The notes beneath the pieces were generated by a model. It ran no database searches and was not told the origin of the DNA. It saw only the letters and a list, made by a program, of their open reading frames with translations. Made by a program: the position numbers and the translations under genes. This document shows positions 48,503 through 57,972 of a DNA stretch of 64,000 nucleotides, piece after piece. Within the stretch, counting starts at the first letter, position 1. Each line of letters begins with the position of its first letter. Source of the DNA: an uncultured Candidatus Binatia bacterium (GTDB lineage: Bacteria; Desulfobacterota; Binatia; Bin18). The stretch lies in the NCBI GenBank assembly GCA_965200965.1, contig OZ241744.1, forward strand, positions 128,001-192,000, written 5' to 3'.

Positions 48503-50686
48503 ATGAGCACACCACATCCCGAGCGTGCCGGGCGCACGCTTTCTGAGTATAACTCCAAACAGCTTTTAGCCGGCTATGGGGTGTCCGTTCCCCAGGAGAC
48601 GCTGGTTGAGAGTCCTCAGGCCGCGGTTGAGGCGGCCAGCCGTATCGGTTTTCCGGTTGTGGTCAAGCTGTGTGGCGACCGGATCGCTCACAAAACCGAG
48701 CGAGACCTGGTCCGCCTGGGGCTGTCCGACGCCGAGGCGGTCCACCGGGCCGCCACCCAGTTGTGGCAGCGGCGTCAGCCCGAAGACGGCGATGTTGGCC
48801 TGCTGGTGACCGAGATGGTTCATGGCCGACGGGAGCTGATTGCCGGGATGATCCATGACCCGCAGTTCGGGGCGTGTGTCCTGGTTGGTCTGGGCGGTAT
48901 TCTGGCCGAAGCGGTCGGAGATGTGGCCTTTGGCTTGGCTCCGCTGGAGCCGGCCGAGGCGCTGCGCATGGCCGAGGCGCTCCAGACCCGCCGCCTGCTG
49001 CAGTCCTTCCGGGGCGAGCCAGCCCTCGATATGGATGCCTTGGCCGTCGCCCTGGTCGGCCTCGGACGGCTGGCGGCTGAGCGTCCAGATATTCACAGTG
49101 TTGATGTGAATCCTGTTATTGTGGCGGGGGGCAAACCGGTTGCGGTTGACGCGCTGGTCGAACTCGGCGCACCGCACCCCGTCCCGCCTGTCCCGCCCGC
49201 CCGTCGGCCCGAGGAGATACTGGAACGTTTTCGTCCCCTGTTCCATCCGCGCGGGATTGTGCTTGCCGGGGCTTCGAGCCACCCCGGCAAATTTGGCTTT
49301 GTGTCGCTGCACAATCTGCGCCGCTTCGGTTATACGGGCGATATTTTCCCGGTCAATCGGGACGGAGCGGAGATTCTCGGCACGCCGACCTATCGGGATA
49401 TTGCCGAGATTCCACCCGGCAAAGCCGACCTGGTGTTTGTGTGTACGCCGGTTGGGGCCAATGTCGGCCTGCTGCGGGCCTGCGCACAACGCGGCGTTCG
49501 GGCGGCATTTGTGGCCAGCGGCGGCTACCGCGAGGCCGGCCCGCAGGGACGCCGCTTAGAAGACGAGTTGGTGGCAACTGCTAATGAGCTGGGTATGGTC
49601 CTGGCCGGACCCAACGGCCAGGGTGTGATCTCAACCTCGGTGTCGATGTGCGCCCAGATTGTCGCCCCCTATCCCCCTGCGGGGCGGATTGCGGTGGTCA
49701 GCCAGAGCGGGAACCTGCTGTCGTCCTTCCTCAACTACTCGGTCCAGACCGGGGTGGGGGTGAGTAAAGCGATTTCGGTTGGCAACTCGGCCCAGACGAA
49801 TATCGCCGATTACCTGGAGTATTTTGCCGCTGACCCCGAGACGGATGTAGTGCTGGCTTATCTGGAAGGCATTCCTGACGGGCACGGCTTTGTCCAGGCC
49901 GTGCAAAAACTGACCCCCACCAAGCCCCTGGTTGTGCTCAAAGGGGGGGTAGCGACGGCCGGTCAGCGGGCAGCCCTGTCCCATACCGGCTCGCTGGCTA
50001 CCGACGACCGCGTGTTCCAAGGCGTGTGCCGTCAACTCGGCATTCTGCGTGCCCCGAGCGTTGAGCACGCCTTTGAATGGGCGGCCAGCTTGGCCACCCA
50101 GCCGTTGCCGGCCGGCCGGCGGGTGATCGTGTTTACCACGGTTGGCGGCTGGGGGGTGCTGACGGCCGATGCCTGCACCCAGGCCGGGCTGGAGCTGATT
50201 GCCCTGCCCGAGGAGATTGAAGCCAGGATCAGCAGCATGGTGCCGGACCGCTGGAGTCGGAATAATCCGATCGATCTGGCCGGCGGAGAAACCCGCGATA
50301 CCGTTCCCGAGATTCTTGATCTGCTGTGCGGCCATCCCGATGTTGATGCGGTCTTGCAGTTGGGCTTGGGCATACAGGGTGCTACCGCCAATCTGTTTCA
50401 GACCGGCCAGTTCTACCCCGGCCACGGCCTGGACCGCATGGCCGATTTTCACCAACGCCAGGAACGGCGCTATGCCCAGGCCGCGGCCGCGGCCTCACAG
50501 CGCCACGCCAAGCCAGTGCTGAGCACGACCGAACTGGTCTATACCGACCGGGACTACGCCAACGCCGGCCCGCTGGCCGTGCGCGAAACAGGCCGGGTGT
50601 GCTACCCCAGCGCCCATCGAGCCGTTGCCGCCCTTGGCGCGCTGGTGGAGTACGCGCGGTTTCGTCGGCAGGTTGTTGCCCTGTGA
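48503..50686 (+). CDS. ADP-forming acyl-CoA synthetase (ATP-grasp domain N-terminal)
   Basis: LSEYNSKQLL..YG, HKTE, DVNPV; GASSHPGKFG, GPNGQG, SQSG, SHTGSLA phospho-His, NNPIDL. Confidence 0.9.
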   Translation: MSTPHPERAGRTLSEYNSKQLLAGYGVSVPQETLVESPQAAVEAASRIGFPVVVKLCGDRIAHKTERDLVRLGLSDAEAVHRAATQLWQRRQPEDGDVGLLVTEMVHGRRELIAGMIHDPQFGACVLVGLGGILAEAVGDVAFGLAPLEPAEALRMAEALQTRRLLQSFRGEPALDMDALAVALVGLGRLAAERPDIHSVDVNPVIVAGGKPVAVDALVELGAPHPVPPVPPARRPEEILERFRPLFHPRGIVLAGASSHPGKFGFVSLHNLRRFGYTGDIFPVNRDGAEILGTPTYRDIAEIPPGKADLVFVCTPVGANVGLLRACAQRGVRAAFVASGGYREAGPQGRRLEDELVATANELGMVLAGPNGQGVISTSVSMCAQIVAPYPPAGRIAVVSQSGNLLSSFLNYSVQTGVGVSKAISVGNSAQTNIADYLEYFAADPETDVVLAYLEGIPDGHGFVQAVQKLTPTKPLVVLKGGVATAGQRAALSHTGSLATDDRVFQGVCRQLGILRAPSVEHAFEWAASLATQPLPAGRRVIVFTTVGGWGVLTADACTQAGLELIALPEEIEARISSMVPDRWSRNNPIDLAGGETRDTVPEILDLLCGHPDVDAVLQLGLGIQGATANLFQTGQFYPGHGLDRMADFHQRQERRYAQAAAAASQRHAKPVLSTTELVYTDRDYANAGPLAVRETGRVCYPSAHRAVAALGALVEYARFRRQVVAL

Positions 50687-50789
50687 TAGAAAACAGGCTA
50701 AGGATTTGGTGCTGTCCTCTCGGCTCTTGTCCGGTGGCTGAGGAGGGGGTATAAGGCCGTTTTGACAGGGGACCCGTGAGTTGTCTGAA

Positions 50790-51191
50790 ATGGATGCGAC
50801 TGCATACAAGGACATCAAAAGCAGGCTCCAGCATCTGTATACAGATGACGACCGCCCGTGGTTGGTGGGGTTCAGTGGCGGGAAGGACAGCACCCTTGTT
50901 GCTGCCCTCATCTTCGAGATCGTTCTCTCGCTTCCTGTGGAAAAACGGAGAAAGCCCATCTCTATCGTCTGCACAGATACCCGCGTCGAGATTCCTGCCA
51001 TCGTCGAAATGACAGAAGGAACCTTGCGGAAGATGCGTGCGTATTCTGAAAAGAACGGGCTCGGTATAGATGTGCATCTCCTGAGACCTCCTGCTGACCA
51101 GTCGTTCTGGGTCAACATCATTGGGCGTGGGTATCCTCCAATTTTGCTGAACTTGCGGAATGCGGAGTACACTTCTCGCCTCACACCTTAA
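50790..51191 (+). pseudogene. dndC: N-terminal fragment of DNA phosphorothioation protein DndC
   Basis: LY..DDRPWLVGFSGGKDST...DTRVEIP...QSFWVNIIGRGYPP; similarity stops near 51140. Confidence 0.82.
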
Positions 51192-51385
51192 CGGCATCAA
51201 AACAACGAAGAATTCTCGGAAGAACTCTTGGCCGTGAACTTCAGAAAGCCGAAGCTGCGCTACGTTTGCAAGGCAGCTTAGTTGTCGGGCCGGCAAGGCA
51301 ATTCTGGCGTGACAAAGGGAATGAGTGAAGATTGATAGACGGTGAAAAGCAGGCCGAGGCGTCTCGGCCCTTGCAGTGCTGTGTG

Positions 51386-51895
51386 TCACGATGGAAAATC
51401 GGCCAAGTCGGCAGAGGCGATCCTGCCCGGCTCCAGCCACGCCCGGACCGCCAGCACGACGATGCTGGCCATGCCCCAGCTCAGGCCGACCACAACCCCG
51501 CAGTCAAGAATGCCGCGCCACGGCTGGCTGATGTAGCGAAAGACGACGATCAGCCCGACAATGCCAAGGGTCAGGGTGTAGATGGACAGGAGCCGGCGGC
51601 GGGTAGCGTGAAAATAGCCCATACAGAACAGCGGGGCCAGCAGCAGGCGCAGGAAGGACGGACGCTCACGCAGCACCCGGGCGCGGGCAACCACGCGCGG
51701 GGCAAAGGATTTCTGGAATCCCATATAGCCCTCTGAGTGGGCCATAAAGGCCGTGTTGAGGATGAGCAGGCTCCAATGACGCCAGTCCCAGGCGTGGCCA
51801 AACGCTTCGATTGACCGGCCCAGGAGGTGAACAACCGCGTAGGCCAGCATGGCCATAATGCCACCCAGCCCCCAAAGACTTCCTAGACGAGCCAA
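51386..51895 (-). CDS. Conserved hypothetical membrane protein
   Basis: Several TM segments; MAHSEGY.GFQKSFAPRVVARA, LAPLFCMGYFHAT, QPWRGILD.GVV. Confidence 0.8.
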   Translation of the reverse strand: MARLGSLWGLGGIMAMLAYAVVHLLGRSIEAFGHAWDWRHWSLLILNTAFMAHSEGYMGFQKSFAPRVVARARVLRERPSFLRLLLAPLFCMGYFHATRRRLLSIYTLTLGIVGLIVVFRYISQPWRGILDCGVVVGLSWGMASIVVLAVRAWLEPGRIASADLADFPS

Positions 51896-52223
51896 TCAGC
51901 CCCCTTCCCATCCATTTTTCCGTCCTCCCTGTGCTACCGATATCGCCCGCCTGTGGCAAGCCGCCAGACCCCTGTGACACGCAGCCGAGCGGTGACAAGG
52001 CTGCGCGGGTGCGCTGCAACCAGCTTGGCGCGGCACTCTTGACTGAGCGCCTGCCGGATGTTTACGGTCGGCCAGGACTGCACCCCAGCAAACGAGAGTG
52101 TTATGCGGGTGATTGGCGGGGCGCGCTGTTGCCAGGCTATGCTGCTGATGGACGGGGTGGTGCGGGCTATGTATCGGCAGGCCGAGCCGCAGCCCTTAGC
52201 ACCCGAGTGGGGAGGCGTACCGG

Positions 52224-53417
52224 ATGCTAAATCGAGCCGAAAGTCGGCGTATGCGGGCGGTTCAGTCGCCGATCATTCCAGTCGTTGCCGAGCTGATCCG
52301 CGCCAACCCCGGCACACTGTCCTTGGGCCAGGGCGTGGCCTACTACGGCCCGCCACCCGAAGCGCTCGAAGCCGTCCGTGGCTTTGAGGCTGACCCGGAG
52401 AACCATAAGTACACACTCGTCCAGGGCATTGAGCCGCTGTTAGAGGCGATTGACCACAAGCTGTGCCAGGAGAATGGCATGGCCCTGGACGCTGGGCAGC
52501 GCATCGTGGTGACGGCCGGGAGCAATATGGCCTTTATGAACGCCCTGATGGCGATTGCCGACCCAGGCGACGAGATCATTCTGCCGCTGCCCTACTATTT
52601 CAACCACGAGATGGCCATTGTCATGCTGAACTGCCGGGCGGTATGTGTGCCGAGTGATGAGCACTATCAGCTCCGGCTCGACGCCATCAGCAGGGCCATC
52701 ACCGAACGGACCCGGGCGGTTGTCACCGTCTCGCCCAACAACCCGGCCGGTGTGGTCTATCCAGAAGCCGAGCTGCGGGCGGTCAACCGCCTGTGTGGCC
52801 AAGCCGGCATCTACCACATCAGCGACGAGGCGTATGAGTATTTCACCTATGACGGGGCGCAGCATTTCTCGCCCGGCTCGGTGGCCGGCAGCGGTGCCCA
52901 TACCATCTCGCTGTACTCGCTGTCCAAGGCCTACGGCTTCGCCAGTTGGCGCATCGGCTGGATGGTCGCGCCAGCCCACCTGTATCCGGCGATCACAAAG
53001 GCCCAGGACACGATGCTGATCTGCCCGCCGGTCGTGTCCCAACACGCCGCGGTGGCCGCCATGCGTGTCGGGTCGGCCTATTGTCGTGACAAACTCACGG
53101 CCATGACCGTGACCCGCCAAGTCGTGCTGCGGGAGCTGAACGCGGTGTCCAAACTGATCGGCCTGCCCCGGTCCGACGGGGCGTTCTACTTTCTGCTGCG
53201 GGTGCGGACTGCCATGCCGCCGCTGACCCTGACCGAGCGGCTGATCCGTGAGCATCGGGTGGCGGTCATCCCCAGCACCGCGTTTGGTCTGAGCGATGGT
53301 TGCTACCTGCGGCTGGCCTATGGGGCCTTGAGTGAAGAGGTGGCCGGCGAGGCGGTCGGCCGGCTGGCGCGCGGGCTACGGGAACTTCTCGATGAAACGC
53401 CGGTCTCCTCTCCTTGA
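52224..53417 (+). CDS. Class I PLP-dependent aminotransferase (aspartate aminotransferase-like)
   Basis: SLGQG, TAGSNMAF, SPNNPAG, SDEAYEYF, SLSKAYGFASWRIG. Confidence 0.92.
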   Translation: MLNRAESRRMRAVQSPIIPVVAELIRANPGTLSLGQGVAYYGPPPEALEAVRGFEADPENHKYTLVQGIEPLLEAIDHKLCQENGMALDAGQRIVVTAGSNMAFMNALMAIADPGDEIILPLPYYFNHEMAIVMLNCRAVCVPSDEHYQLRLDAISRAITERTRAVVTVSPNNPAGVVYPEAELRAVNRLCGQAGIYHISDEAYEYFTYDGAQHFSPGSVAGSGAHTISLYSLSKAYGFASWRIGWMVAPAHLYPAITKAQDTMLICPPVVSQHAAVAAMRVGSAYCRDKLTAMTVTRQVVLRELNAVSKLIGLPRSDGAFYFLLRVRTAMPPLTLTERLIREHRVAVIPSTAFGLSDGCYLRLAYGALSEEVAGEAVGRLARGLRELLDETPVSSP

Positions 53418-53431
53418 GGGTGAAGCAAGGG

Positions 53432-55132
53432 CTAACGGAAGGCTTCGCTGAACGCCTGCCGTTGCTGCGTACTGCCCAGCATAATGAGTTCACTGCCCCT
53501 CATGAGCGTTGTCGCCGGAAGCGGGTTGGTCATCACATGCCCGTTGTGCTGAATGCCGATGACATTCAGCCCAGTCCGGGCACCAATCTCGCTTTCCACC
53601 AGGCTCAGGCCGACCAGGGCGTTAGGCAGGGCAACGGTAAACAACTCCACCCCCTCTTCCAGAATCCCCAGTTCATAGCCTTGCAGCAGCGAGAAAACCT
53701 GCTCAACCCCAAGCGACGCATAGCTCAGCACAAAGTCTGCACCGGCCCGGTGAATCGCCTCCAGATTCCGCTCGTGGGTAATGCGGCTGACAATGCGCAG
53801 CTCGGGGTTGAGACGCCGGCAGTAGATCGTCAGATAGATGTTCATGGCATCGTCGTTGGTGGTCAGCAGTACCGCGGGGGCGTGGTGGAGGCCGGCCCGC
53901 ATCATCACCTCGCGGTCGGCGGCATTGCCGATGAAGAGCTTGTCGGGAAGGGAGGCGAGGCGCTCACGCAGCGCCTCGTCATGTTCCAGCAGGTGGACCG
54001 GGAGCTGCTGGCGCTTGAGCGCCCGGGTGGCGGCGCAGCCGACTTTGCCGCCGCCAATGACCAGGACCGGATTGTAGTTCGTGTCATAGATGACCAGCAG
54101 GGTGTTGAGTTCCAGCATCTGTTCGGCCGTTCCCACCACGACCACTACGCTGGTATTGGCCAGATAGGTGTCGGGCGAGACCGGCACTAGCCGCCCGCGC
54201 TCCCACATGCCGACGATGGTGACGCCGAGGGCTTCGCGCAGCCCGGTGTCGCGGATGGTGCGGCCGGCCAGGGGCGTGTTGTGGACCGGAAACTCGGCCA
54301 CATGCAGGTCTCTGAAGCGGCCAATCTCGTGGGCTTCGGCATGGCCGGTGTTGACCCGGTTGGCCAGCCGCTCCCCCAAGCGTTGTTTGAGGGGCAGGAC
54401 ATGGGTGCAGCCGCTGAGCTCCAGAATATCAATGGAGTCCTCGTTTTCGACGGTGGCCAGCACTGGCACCTGGCCGGCGACCTCGCGGACGGTCAGGGTG
54501 ATGTTGGTGTTGAGCGTATCGGCGCTGTCGGCCAGGACCAGGCGGGCCTGCGCGGCGTGGACTTTTTCATAGGTTTCACGGCTGTCCAGCTCGCCGGTGA
54601 TGACCGAAACGCCGTTTTGGTGCAGCCGGGCGGCAGCGCTGGGGTCGGGTTCAATGACGTAATAGGGAATGTTATGCAGCCGCAGGCGCTCAATCAGCCC
54701 GGGCGCAAGGGTATTATAGGCACAGATGACCACATGTCCGCTGGCCCCGGGCGACGCCTGGCGTGGCGCTTGCAGCCGGACCTGGGCCTCGAGCCAGGGG
54801 GCGTAGAAGAAACGGATAAAGGTAAATGGCAGGACAATGAGCAGCAGGACAATGCCCGACAGCAGGACCACCATGCTGAACAGCCGGCCGATATCTCCGC
54901 TGAAGGTGATGTCGCCAAAGCCGAGCGTGCTCATCACCGTCAGCGTCCAGTAGAAGCCGGTCAGCCACGAGTGGTTCTGATCCTCGTCGTAGAGCATGAT
55001 GAGGTGAAAGAGGACCGAGAAGACGATCATTGTGCCGGCCAGAAAGGCGAGCAATTTGAGCAGCGCCCCGATATTCCGGCGGGTTTCCCGATCGTTCAGA
55101 AAATAGGCCAACTGCGGGCCGAGCAGCTTCAT
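53432..55132 (-). CDS. Potassium channel protein with tandem RCK/TrkA domains
   Basis: WTLTVMSTLGFGD filter; two TrkA-N/TrkA-C repeats (GGGKVG). Confidence 0.9.
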   Translation of the reverse strand: MKLLGPQLAYFLNDRETRRNIGALLKLLAFLAGTMIVFSVLFHLIMLYDEDQNHSWLTGFYWTLTVMSTLGFGDITFSGDIGRLFSMVVLLSGIVLLLIVLPFTFIRFFYAPWLEAQVRLQAPRQASPGASGHVVICAYNTLAPGLIERLRLHNIPYYVIEPDPSAAARLHQNGVSVITGELDSRETYEKVHAAQARLVLADSADTLNTNITLTVREVAGQVPVLATVENEDSIDILELSGCTHVLPLKQRLGERLANRVNTGHAEAHEIGRFRDLHVAEFPVHNTPLAGRTIRDTGLREALGVTIVGMWERGRLVPVSPDTYLANTSVVVVVGTAEQMLELNTLLVIYDTNYNPVLVIGGGKVGCAATRALKRQQLPVHLLEHDEALRERLASLPDKLFIGNAADREVMMRAGLHHAPAVLLTTNDDAMNIYLTIYCRRLNPELRIVSRITHERNLEAIHRAGADFVLSYASLGVEQVFSLLQGYELGILEEGVELFTVALPNALVGLSLVESEIGARTGLNVIGIQHNGHVMTNPLPATTLMRGSELIMLGSTQQRQAFSEAFR

Positions 55133-55323
55133 ACGCAAAACCCTGGGAGGTAACGCTACGCGAGGGATATCAGGAAGGAGAAGACTGATGAGCGATTTGA
55201 CGGACGAGTAGCGGTGGTTAGCGGGGCCGGCAACGGCCCGGGCCGAAGTCACGCTCGGTTTCTGGCCTTGAGGTATCTGGGGGCAAAACAGTGCTGCTCC
55301 GCCAGCGTGTTTCGCCACACAAC

Positions 55324-56022
55324 TCACCCGGATTTTCTCAACAGTCCTCCTCTGCTGCCGACCCGGACAAACGGCAGGGCGTGGGACGCGATAAACTCGG
55401 CATAGGCCTGAAGCGAGCCGTCCTCTATCCCTCCCTCTTTACAGTCAGCAACGAGGACGGCACCACCGGGAACGATGTGAGGCCAGAGTTTGTCAAGTGT
55501 GTGCTTGGTGGGGAGGTAGAGGCTGATGTCGAGCGAGGCCACGGCGATTGGGCCGATGGCTTCCCAGTCTACTTCCTGACAGTCTCCGGCAATGACTGTG
55601 AAGCCCTTGTATCCGAGGCGGTGAAGGGTGTTCTTGAGGATGGCAGGGGAGCCGTGTCGGAACCTGTCCATCTCCGACCTCTTCTTACCGCGATACATGA
55701 CTTCGTAGCGCATGGAACTCTCTGAGAAGCCTCTGAAGGTGTCAATCAGTATGACCGGCGCTGGATTTGCCGTGCAGCGCATATGCTCAAGCAGAAAGAC
55801 GGATGTGTAACCCCATCCGCACCCGATCTCGCAGACCGTCCCCCCCGTCTCTTTGGTCGATTCGATCGAATTGACAAGGCAGGCAAGTTCGAGCGGCTCA
55901 AGGCGAGAACGGTATTTGGGGAATACCAAATCCCGCAACGGCCAGGGCACACCGTAGACTATCTTTTTGAGAAAACCATAGGTATTGGGAGTGAAGAATG
56001 TCTTCAATACCCTGCCCGCCAT
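55324..56022 (-). CDS. TylF/MycF-like class I SAM methyltransferase
   Basis: CEIGCGWGYTS, IDTFRGF, SLDISLYLPT...L..LWP...PGG; atypical codon usage. Confidence 0.75.
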   Translation of the reverse strand: MAGRVLKTFFTPNTYGFLKKIVYGVPWPLRDLVFPKYRSRLEPLELACLVNSIESTKETGGTVCEIGCGWGYTSVFLLEHMRCTANPAPVILIDTFRGFSESSMRYEVMYRGKKRSEMDRFRHGSPAILKNTLHRLGYKGFTVIAGDCQEVDWEAIGPIAVASLDISLYLPTKHTLDKLWPHIVPGGAVLVADCKEGGIEDGSLQAYAEFIASHALPFVRVGSRGGLLRKSG

Positions 56023-56101
56023 TGTGACTGATCGACTCCGCGCTCCCGCCAGATTTCTTCGTGTTTCCAAGTTTCGATCAGACAGGCCGGCAGGTGGGGG
56101 G

Positions 56102-57031
56102 TCACTCTTCTTCTGCCAAGGCGGTGCTGAGATAGCGTTCAGACGAGCTGGCCAGGATGACCACAATCAGCCGGCCGGTATTTTCCGGGCGGGCGGCGAC
56201 TCGGAGGGTGGCCCACACCGCGGCCCCGCTGCTGATGCCGGCCGGAATGCCTTCTTGTCTGATGACCCGCCGGGCGGTGGCCAGCGCGTCTTCGTCTGTG
56301 ACCCGGACGATTTCGTCGATCAGCCCGGTGTTGAGAATGGCCGGGATAAAGCCGGCACCAATGCCCTGGATTTGATGCGCGGCGGGCGGACCGCCGGACA
56401 GCACAGCCGAGCGGTCGGGCTCGACGGCAACGGCCCGGAAGCTCGGCTTCCTGGCCTTGAGGACCTCGGCCACGCCGGTAATCGTCCCCCCGGTGCCCAC
56501 GCCGCTGACCAGCATATCGACCCGGCCGTCGGTATCGTCCCAGATTTCAAGGGCGGTCGTGCGGCGGTGGATGTCTGGATTATTCGGGTTTTCAAACTGC
56601 TGGGGAATAAAGGTGTCGGGCAGTGTTGTGGCGATCTCTTCGGCCTTGCGGATGGCACCGGGCATGCCCTGTTGGGCCGGGGTCAGCGCCAGTTCTGCGC
56701 CTAGCAGACGCAGCAGGCTGCGGCGTTCCATGCTCATTGAGTCCGGCATGGTCAGGATCAGCCGATAGCCGCGGGCGGCACACACAAAGGCCAGCGCAAT
56801 CCCGGTGTTACCGCTCGTCGGTTCAACGATCACGGTGTCCGGGCCGATTGCGCCGTCCCGTTCCGCGGCGGCAATCATGTTATGGCCGATCCGGTCCTTG
56901 ACGCTGCCGAGCGGATTAAAAAACTCCAGCTTCGCGTACACCTCGGCACGAAGACCGCGCGTCATCCGGTTGAGGCGGACAAGCGGGGTGTGGCCAATGG
57001 TCTCGGTGATGTCTTTGAAGAGGCGTGCCAT
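56102..57031 (-). CDS. cysK: Cysteine synthase A
   Basis: [53 protein letters not shown]. Confidence 0.97.
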   Translation of the reverse strand: MARLFKDITETIGHTPLVRLNRMTRGLRAEVYAKLEFFNPLGSVKDRIGHNMIAAAERDGAIGPDTVIVEPTSGNTGIALAFVCAARGYRLILTMPDSMSMERRSLLRLLGAELALTPAQQGMPGAIRKAEEIATTLPDTFIPQQFENPNNPDIHRRTTALEIWDDTDGRVDMLVSGVGTGGTITGVAEVLKARKPSFRAVAVEPDRSAVLSGGPPAAHQIQGIGAGFIPAILNTGLIDEIVRVTDEDALATARRVIRQEGIPAGISSGAAVWATLRVAARPENTGRLIVVILASSSERYLSTALAEEE

Positions 57032-57143
57032 CGGGTTCCTCACGCTCTTGGAGAGCACCCCAGTGTACGCGTAAGTGCAGACCTCTGGCAAGCGGAGGTT
57101 TTCCAATCAGAGGAGGAAAAGAACAGGGGAGGGAGATCCCGGT

Positions 57144-57935
57144 CTAAATCCCTTCCCCGTCCCGATTCTGAACGGCGTCGTACTCACGCTGAAAGCGACC
57201 GCTCTCAATTGAGCAGTGCATGCCGCACTCTTTGAGCGCACCGTTCTCCCACCACCAGCGTCCGGCCCGGTGGTCTTCTCCGACTGAGATTGGCCGGGTA
57301 CACGGCTCACAGCCGATGCTGGTATAGCCCTGCTCGTAAAATGGATGGACCGGGACGCGGTGGGCGCGCACATAGTCCCAGACCTGCCCTTCGGTCCAGT
57401 CTGCCAGCGGATTGAGCTTCACCAGCCCGCCGTGGTCATGGTCGGCTTCGACTTTCTGGATGCCGGCCCGGCTGCTGAGCTGATCGCGGCGCAGGCCGGT
57501 GACCCAGGCGTCAAGTGAGGACAGGACGCGGCGTAGGGGCAGGACTTTGCGCGTGTGGCAGCACAGCCGGCGCAGGTCTATGTCCTGGTAGAACAGGTTC
57601 ATGCCGTGGCGGCGGACTACGCTTTCGACCTGGACGGCGTCCGGGAAATAGACCTCGATGTCCGTCTGGTAATGGTCCCGGGCGGTGTCGATCAAGGTAT
57701 AGGTGTCCTGCGGCAGCCGGCCGGTGTCAATGGTGAACACCCGGACCGTGGGATCAAGCCGCCAGGCCATGTCAAGAACGACCATGCCGTCGGCCTGGAA
57801 GCTGGTACAGATCGCCAGCCGCGAGCCAAAGCGTTCCAGGGCCCAGCGCAGCACGTCTTGGGGGGAGCGTTGTTCATAGCTGGCGGCCAGGGCGTGAATA
57901 GCCGGTTCGTCCAGGCCGATGTGCTCCATCATCAT
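57144..57935 (-). CDS. cysH: Adenylyl-sulfate (APS) reductase, CysH family, 4Fe-4S type
   Basis: DTGRL, CC..RKV.PL, SIGCEPCT, RAGRWWWE, ECGMH. Confidence 0.93.
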   Translation of the reverse strand: MMMEHIGLDEPAIHALAASYEQRSPQDVLRWALERFGSRLAICTSFQADGMVVLDMAWRLDPTVRVFTIDTGRLPQDTYTLIDTARDHYQTDIEVYFPDAVQVESVVRRHGMNLFYQDIDLRRLCCHTRKVLPLRRVLSSLDAWVTGLRRDQLSSRAGIQKVEADHDHGGLVKLNPLADWTEGQVWDYVRAHRVPVHPFYEQGYTSIGCEPCTRPISVGEDHRAGRWWWENGALKECGMHCSIESGRFQREYDAVQNRDGEGI

Positions 57936-57972
57936 GGGCGTCTACTCCGTCCGTTCGGCTGGTGGTGAGAGT

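Noticed and set aside
48503-50686. Permuted domain order of the acyl-CoA synthetase as a novelty
   Set aside because: Domain shuffling is well known in the NDP-forming acyl-CoA synthetase superfamily.
51900-52220. Riboswitch or ncRNA in the long intergenic region before the aminotransferase
   Set aside because: No recognisable conserved motif; the pairing is no more than expected for GC-rich DNA.
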